Below, piece by piece: positions 58,434 through 64,000 of a DNA stretch of 64,000 nt (its first letter is position 1; every line of letters starts with the position of its first letter). The stretch comes from an uncultured Candidatus Saccharibacteria bacterium. Lineage in GTDB: Bacteria; Patescibacteriota; Minisyncoccia; UBA6257. The stretch is taken from assembly GCA_964618625.1 (NCBI GenBank), contig CAZUBI010000001.1, positions 164,781 to 228,780 of the forward strand. Direction: 5' to 3'. The notes under the pieces are model-generated. The model was not told the origin of the DNA. It worked only from the letters and a program-made list of their open reading frames with translations, and made no database searches. The position numbers and the translations under genes were made by a program.

Positions 58434-58475
58434 AAATAAAAATTAAACGTAATATATAGTATACAATAATCCATA

Positions 58476-58629
58476 TTATTTTCCAAAACGACGACGACGT
58501 TTTTGGAATTCTTTAATAGCTAAGTCAAATTGTTTTTTGGTAAAATCTGGCCCATACCCTTTCTATGCCTCTTTTATGGCCTAAAAAAGCAGGGGGTTTC
58601 TTCTCCCTAGCCCAACGGCGATTACCGTG
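58476..58629 (-). pseudogene. uppS: internally deleted uppS (cis-prenyltransferase) remnant
   Basis: HGNRRWAREKKPPAFLGHKRGIERVW fused via frameshift to PDFTKKQFDLAIKEFQKRRRRFGK*. Confidence 0.75.
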
Positions 58630-58653
58630 TTTTTGAAATAATCTCTTCCCGCT

Positions 58654-61600
58654 TTACTCTCTAAACCCTGTCCCCGCAGGAATCAACCTGCCAATAATAA
58701 CATTTTCTTTGAGCCCTTTTAGATAATCTTTCTTTCCTTCAACAGCAGCTCTGATTAACACTCTTGATGTTTCTTGGAAGGACGCAGCTGAAAGTAAGCT
58801 GTCAGAATTCAACGCAACGTTTTTAATTCCCATAAGTACTTCGCTTCCCTTAGGCACTTCTTTCTTTAAACTTTTTAATCTATCTACTTCTCCTTGAAAA
58901 GATTTTTTAGATACCACTTCACCTGGAATAAACTCACTATCACCGCTATGTGTAATCTTTAATTGAGAGAACATTTGTTTAATGATTATCTCAAAATGCT
59001 TATTATTAATATTCTCGCCCGCAATATCGTATACTTTCTTTATTTCCGTCAATATATATTCCTGGCAAGCATTTTTGCCTAAAATCCTAAAAAGTTTTTT
59101 AAGATTAAGATGTCCTTCGCAAAGCTGATCGCCTTTTTTGACTTCTTCTCCATTTTTAACCCATAAAGTTACTACTTCAGATATAACATATTCAAGTACA
59201 CGAGATTTTTTGTCGTCTGGTTTTATCCTGATAAATTTTTGATGATTTATTTTTTTTATTTCAATAATCTCTCCATCTACTTCGCTCATAGGCGCCTCAC
59301 CTTTAGGTATCCTGGCTTCAAAAATCTCTTCTACTCTTGGCAACCCTTGAGTGATATCAACGGCTTGAGCTACTCCGCCAGTATGAAATGTCCTTAAAGT
59401 TAACTGGGTACCTGGTTCTCCTATAGATTGAGCAGCAACAACACCAACTGCTTCCCCTAAATCAATAAGTTTTCTCCATGCCAAATCAAGTCCGTAACAC
59501 TTCTGGCAAATTCCATTTGAGCTTTCGCAAGTGATTGGAGAACGAACTAATATTTCTCCAACTGAAGAATCTACTATTTTTTTAGTTAATATTTCATCTA
59601 TTAACTCCCCCTTTTTAGCTATAATTTTGCCTTTTTTATCAACAGCATTATCACCCAAAATTCTTCCAAAAATCTTCTTTGATAAATCTTCATTTTGTTC
59701 TTCAACCTTTTTTCTATTAACAATCAAGCCCTTTTTTGTTCGGCAATCTTTTTCCCTGATAAGAACATCTTGAGCAACATCCACTAATCTTCTGGTAAGA
59801 TATCCTGCAAAAGAGGTCTTTAAAGCAGTATCAGCTAATCCTTTTCTTCCACCATGTGAAGCAGCAAAATATTCCAAAACATTAAACCCTTCCTGATGGC
59901 AAGATAAAATAGGCATTTCTATCAACTGCCCAAGAGGATTAATCACTAATCCCTTCATGCCCATAATTTGCGTGGCTACTGCCCAATTTCCTTTTGCCCC
60001 TGAATTAAAAAATATGTAAACTGAATCTTTCGGGTCTAAAGTCTTTAAAACTAATTCTGATATTTGATCAACAGCATGCCTCCATTGTGTCTCTGTTAAA
60101 ATCTTCTTTTCCTGCGCAGTTAAAAGCCCTTCTTCATATTGAGTGGTAATCTCTTCAACTTTTGCAGATGTCTCATCCAAAATCTCCTTTTTCTTTGAAG
60201 GGACTCTTATATCAGTAAGTCCCCATGACACGCCTGATAAAGTAGAATAATAAAAACCTAACTTTTTTATATCATTTAGAATTTCGGCGCTTTTATTAAA
60301 ATCATTAAAATAATGAATTATATCCTTAGTAATACCTTTTATGTCTTTACTCGTTAATTGTTTGTTTATAAACGGAAAGTCTTCTGGTAAAATCTCGTTA
60401 AAAATAATTCTTCCTACAGTAGTACTAATCAATTTATTGTTTTCTTTTAAAATACGGACCTTAATTCTTTCTTGAAGTCCGATCTTTTTATATTCATAAA
60501 TTAATAACGCATCACTTGAATCAGAAAAGATTTTTTCTTTTAAATCATCGCCTTTAACCTCTTCCTCCGTCATATCCATTGTTAACCAATAAATACCTGC
60601 CACCATTTCATGTCGAGGTAACATAGCAGGTTCTCCATTAGATGGCTTTAATAATCCTAAGGTTGATAACATTCTATTTTCACTCTCCCTCTGAGCTTCT
60701 TCAGATAAAGGAACATGCACTGCCATTTGATCTCCATCAAAATCAGCATTAAAAGGAGGACAAACCATTGCAGGAATCTGAATAGCTAATCCTTCAATTA
60801 ATTTTGGACGAAAAGCTTCAATACTTAAACGATGAAGCGTAGGAGCTCTATTTAAAAGAACATATTTATCTTTCACTATATTTTCTAAAATTTCCCATAT
60901 AACGTCAGACCCTTCTTCAATTAAATGATTTGCAGCGCGAGGATTAAAAACAATTTCTCTTTTTATTAACTCGCCAGCTACAAATGGTTTAAATAATTCC
61001 AAAGCCATTTTTTTTGGCAATCCACATTCGTGAATTTTTAGTTCAGGGCCAATAACAATTACTGAACGGCCTGAATAATCCACTCTTTTTCCTAAAAGAT
61101 TCTGACGGAAACGCCCCTGCTTGCCTTGTAAAATATCAGCTAAAGAACGCAACGGACGATGTTGAGCCGAATGCATAGGTGTAGCACCAGAACCTTTTCT
61201 TATAGAATTATCAATTAAAGCGTCTACTGCTTCCTGCAGCATCCTCTTTTCATTCTTTATAATAACTTCAGGCGCTCTAAGCTCTAATAATTTTTTTAAA
61301 CGATTATTACGATTAATGACACGGCGATAAAGATCATTTAAATCTGACGTAGCAAATTTTCCTCCATCCAACTCAACCATTGGACGCAAATCAGGAGGAA
61401 GTACGGGAAGTATAGTTAAAAACATCCACTCTGGGCGTGCCTTTGAGTGTAAAAACCCTTTCGCTAATTTAAGACGATTAAGAACTTTTTTATCAACATT
61501 TTTTAAGTGCGATTTTTTCTCAATTTCTTTTTCTAACTCACTAACCAATTTTTTAAGGTCTATCTGTTCCAAGAATTTTCTCACTGGCTCACTTCCTGTT

Positions 61601-62262
61601 TCTGCTGTGAAAACTTCACCGTATTTTTTTGAAAGGTTTAAATAATCAATTTCAGAAAAAATAGCTTTTGGCTTTATCATATCTAATCCTATTCGCGCTT
61701 GACTGCGGGATTTTGTTAAATCTTTTTTCTTATCTTTAGGCCATGTTTTTGATTTAATCTTGTATTCAGATTCTATTTCATCTAAAGCTCTTTTTTTTGC
61801 GGCTTCATCTACAGAAGCTACAATATAGCTATTGTAATAAATGACTCTTTCTAAAGCGGCCATTGGAACATCAAGCGCTAAAGCAATTCGTGAAGGAATG
61901 CTACGTAAAAACCAAATATGAACTACTGGAGTAGCTAATTTAATATGACCCATTCTTTCTCTACGAACAAAAGAACGGGTTATTTCTACTCCGCAACGAT
62001 CGCAAATAATCCCTTTGTAGTGGGCGCCTTTATACTTTCCACAAGGACATTCATAATCTTTTACAGGTCCAAAAATCTGCTCAGAAAAGAGACCTTCTTT
62101 TTCCGGCTTTTGAGTTCGATAGTTAATTGTCTCAGCTTTAATAATTTCTCCATATGACTTATTCCCTTCTATATATGACCAAGATAAAATCTCCTCTGGA
62201 GAGGCAATTTTTAAACCAAGCGCTTCAAAATCACTAACCTTTTTTTCTATGTCTTTTATCAT
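58654..62262 (-). CDS. rpoC: RNA polymerase beta' subunit
   Basis: NADFDGD, GKRVDYSGRSVI, QSIGEPGTQLT. Confidence 0.99.
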   Translation of the reverse strand: MIKDIEKKVSDFEALGLKIASPEEILSWSYIEGNKSYGEIIKAETINYRTQKPEKEGLFSEQIFGPVKDYECPCGKYKGAHYKGIICDRCGVEITRSFVRRERMGHIKLATPVVHIWFLRSIPSRIALALDVPMAALERVIYYNSYIVASVDEAAKKRALDEIESEYKIKSKTWPKDKKKDLTKSRSQARIGLDMIKPKAIFSEIDYLNLSKKYGEVFTAETGSEPVRKFLEQIDLKKLVSELEKEIEKKSHLKNVDKKVLNRLKLAKGFLHSKARPEWMFLTILPVLPPDLRPMVELDGGKFATSDLNDLYRRVINRNNRLKKLLELRAPEVIIKNEKRMLQEAVDALIDNSIRKGSGATPMHSAQHRPLRSLADILQGKQGRFRQNLLGKRVDYSGRSVIVIGPELKIHECGLPKKMALELFKPFVAGELIKREIVFNPRAANHLIEEGSDVIWEILENIVKDKYVLLNRAPTLHRLSIEAFRPKLIEGLAIQIPAMVCPPFNADFDGDQMAVHVPLSEEAQRESENRMLSTLGLLKPSNGEPAMLPRHEMVAGIYWLTMDMTEEEVKGDDLKEKIFSDSSDALLIYEYKKIGLQERIKVRILKENNKLISTTVGRIIFNEILPEDFPFINKQLTSKDIKGITKDIIHYFNDFNKSAEILNDIKKLGFYYSTLSGVSWGLTDIRVPSKKKEILDETSAKVEEITTQYEEGLLTAQEKKILTETQWRHAVDQISELVLKTLDPKDSVYIFFNSGAKGNWAVATQIMGMKGLVINPLGQLIEMPILSCHQEGFNVLEYFAASHGGRKGLADTALKTSFAGYLTRRLVDVAQDVLIREKDCRTKKGLIVNRKKVEEQNEDLSKKIFGRILGDNAVDKKGKIIAKKGELIDEILTKKIVDSSVGEILVRSPITCESSNGICQKCYGLDLAWRKLIDLGEAVGVVAAQSIGEPGTQLTLRTFHTGGVAQAVDITQGLPRVEEIFEARIPKGEAPMSEVDGEIIEIKKINHQKFIRIKPDDKKSRVLEYVISEVVTLWVKNGEEVKKGDQLCEGHLNLKKLFRILGKNACQEYILTEIKKVYDIAGENINNKHFEIIIKQMFSQLKITHSGDSEFIPGEVVSKKSFQGEVDRLKSLKKEVPKGSEVLMGIKNVALNSDSLLSAASFQETSRVLIRAAVEGKKDYLKGLKENVIIGRLIPAGTGFRE

Positions 62263-62283
62263 AAACTACTTAATTACTAATTA

Positions 62284-64000
62284 CTATCTATCGTTATTTG
62301 TTTCTTCTTTTTTGACTCCAATCAAATTTACTGATAAAGATAATGATTGCAATTCTTTGAGAATCACGTTAAAAGCAGCGGGGATATTTGGGTTTTTAAT
62401 CTTTTCCCCGGTAATTATAGCTTCGTAAGCTGACCCCCTTCCAAATACATCATCAGATTTTATCGTTATCATTTCCTGAAGTGTGTATGCGGCGCCATAT
62501 CCTTCTAATGCCCAAACTTCCATTTCGCCGAATCTCTGACCTCCAAGATGAGCTCGACCGCCTAAAGGTTGCTGGGTAATTAAAGAATATGGACCAATTG
62601 CTCTCATATGAACTTTGTCCTTTACCATATGCTCTAATTTCATTATATATATTATGCCTACTGCCACATCTTTATGAAATTTCTCGCCAGTTTTGCCATT
62701 ATATAAAGCAATTTTTCCATCTTCTGGCAATCCGGCTTTTACAAGTTCTTTTTTTACATCTTCCTCAGTGGCACCATCTAAAGACGGAGTAACAGCTCTA
62801 TATCCTAATTTTTGAGCTGCTAAACCTAAATGATTTTCAAAAACCTGCCCTAAATTCATTCGGCTGCCGATTCCTAAAGGATTTAAAACCACATCAATTG
62901 GAGTTCCATCTTCTAAATAAGGCATATTTTCTTCAGGAACAATAACAGAAATAACGCCTTTATTTCCGTGCCGTCCAGATAATTTATCTCCTGCCATAGT
63001 TTTTCTTAACTCTGCAATTTCCACGCTTATACTTTTTATAACGCCAACGTTTAATTTATCCCCTTCTTTACGGGAAAGAATTTTTGTTTTAACAACTCTG
63101 CCTTGTCGAGATGGCTGAAGAATTAAAGATGTATCTTTTATATCCTTCATCTGCTCTCCAAAAATAGCTTGTAGCAATCTTTCTTCAGGAGTTAGTTCTG
63201 CTTTTCCTTTCGGTGAAATTTTCCCAACTAAAATATCCCCCCCTTTTACCTCAGCTCCTATCATTATGACTCCATCCTCATCTAAGTTCTTTAATTTATT
63301 CTCGGAAACATTAGGTATATCACGAGTGGTGCTTTCCTGACCTAACTTAGTTTCCACTACATCACAAGTAAATTCTTCTAAATAAACTGAAGTAAAATAA
63401 TCATTTTTTAAAACTCGTTCTGAAATAACAATTGCATCTTCATAATTAGCTCCAAAAAATGGCATAAAAGCAACCAATAAATTTTGCCCTAAAGCTAAAA
63501 CTCCGTTTTCCGTAGCTGCTCCATCTGCCAATAAAGTTCCTTCCTTTACAACATCTCCTTTGTTCACAACAGGTTTTTGCATCAACCAACTATTTTTATT
63601 GCTGCGGCCAAAATTAATTAATTCGTAAGTTCTATTTTTTTTATTATGAGTTGAAGACGAATAAGAAGGTTCTCGCGAAACGAGGTTCTTATCATTTGTC
63701 TTTACAACAATATGATTTGCGTCCACTTCAATAACTTTTCCCTCAATATCGCTAATCAGGCACTGGCCCGACTCAAAAGCAATTTTTTCCTCCATTCCAG
63801 TACCAACCAACGGAGCTTTTGGCCTTAAACAAGGAACAGCCTGCCTTTGCATATTTGCTCCCATTAACGCTCTATTAGATTCATCATGCTCTAAGAATGG
63901 TATTAAACTAACAGCAACAGAGATAATTTGCTGGCAAGAAACATCAATTAATTCGACTTCTTTGTTGTGAATTAAAGTTGGCTCCCCTTTAACCCTTGCC
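62284..64000 (-). CDS. rpoB: RNA polymerase beta subunit (5' part outside window)
   Basis: GANMQRQA, GDKLSGRHGNKG, GGQRFGEME. Confidence 0.99.
   Translation of the reverse strand, partial: ARVKGEPTLIHNKEVELIDVSCQQIISVAVSLIPFLEHDESNRALMGANMQRQAVPCLRPKAPLVGTGMEEKIAFESGQCLISDIEGKVIEVDANHIVVKTNDKNLVSREPSYSSSTHNKKNRTYELINFGRSNKNSWLMQKPVVNKGDVVKEGTLLADGAATENGVLALGQNLLVAFMPFFGANYEDAIVISERVLKNDYFTSVYLEEFTCDVVETKLGQESTTRDIPNVSENKLKNLDEDGVIMIGAEVKGGDILVGKISPKGKAELTPEERLLQAIFGEQMKDIKDTSLILQPSRQGRVVKTKILSRKEGDKLNVGVIKSISVEIAELRKTMAGDKLSGRHGNKGVISVIVPEENMPYLEDGTPIDVVLNPLGIGSRMNLGQVFENHLGLAAQKLGYRAVTPSLDGATEEDVKKELVKAGLPEDGKIALYNGKTGEKFHKDVAVGIIYIMKLEHMVKDKVHMRAIGPYSLITQQPLGGRAHLGGQRFGEMEVWALEGYGAAYTLQEMITIKSDDVFGRGSAYEAIITGEKIKNPNIPAAFNVILKELQSLSLSVNLIGVKKEETNNDR

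Noticed and set aside
1723-62792. Many short ORF-track entries antisense to or nested in long genes (e.g. 3411..3656, 29136..29687, 33591..34082, 56995..57288)
   Set aside because: Shadow ORFs of well-supported genes with no motifs or independent signals.

Overview
AT-rich bacterial DNA, standard genetic code. Gene content (short AspS, split ComEC, class III RNR, mostly SD-less starts) suggests Patescibacteria/Parcubacteria (inference). The right part (39.8-64 kb) is core genome: tRNA-Pro, rpmB, probable 6S RNA, aspS, comEC pair, nrdG, intein-containing nrdD, ftsZ, ftsA, ybeY, rpsU, hisS, lepB, LCP, pth, clpB, rpoC and partial rpoB. The left part (1-39.7 kb) is accessory. The main observation is a ~14-kb co-oriented gene-cassette array (4995-19065, minus strand). 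21 unrelated genes fall into 17 units separated by 18 copies of a ~30-bp repeat (minus-strand consensus AACCAAAAGGTCAAAAATTAATTGAGAAATAAAA), with 2 more copies further left. The repeat has stop codons in all three frames, and one unit is duplicated exactly repeat-to-repeat. It is not a canonical attC and I see no integrase in the window, so it looks like an integron-analogous capture system downstream of an AbrB-MTase-REase-AIPR operon. Also seen: three orphan-gene modules sharing promoter, boxA-like, leader and terminator structures; two nuclease genes facing convergent small structured RNAs; several REP/MITE-like elements, one in frame inside rpoB; a C2H2 finger in the NrdD intein; internally deleted uppS and DUF1858 remnants; and a CsoR/CopA copper operon. 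All calls were made by eye from motifs; no database searches were run.
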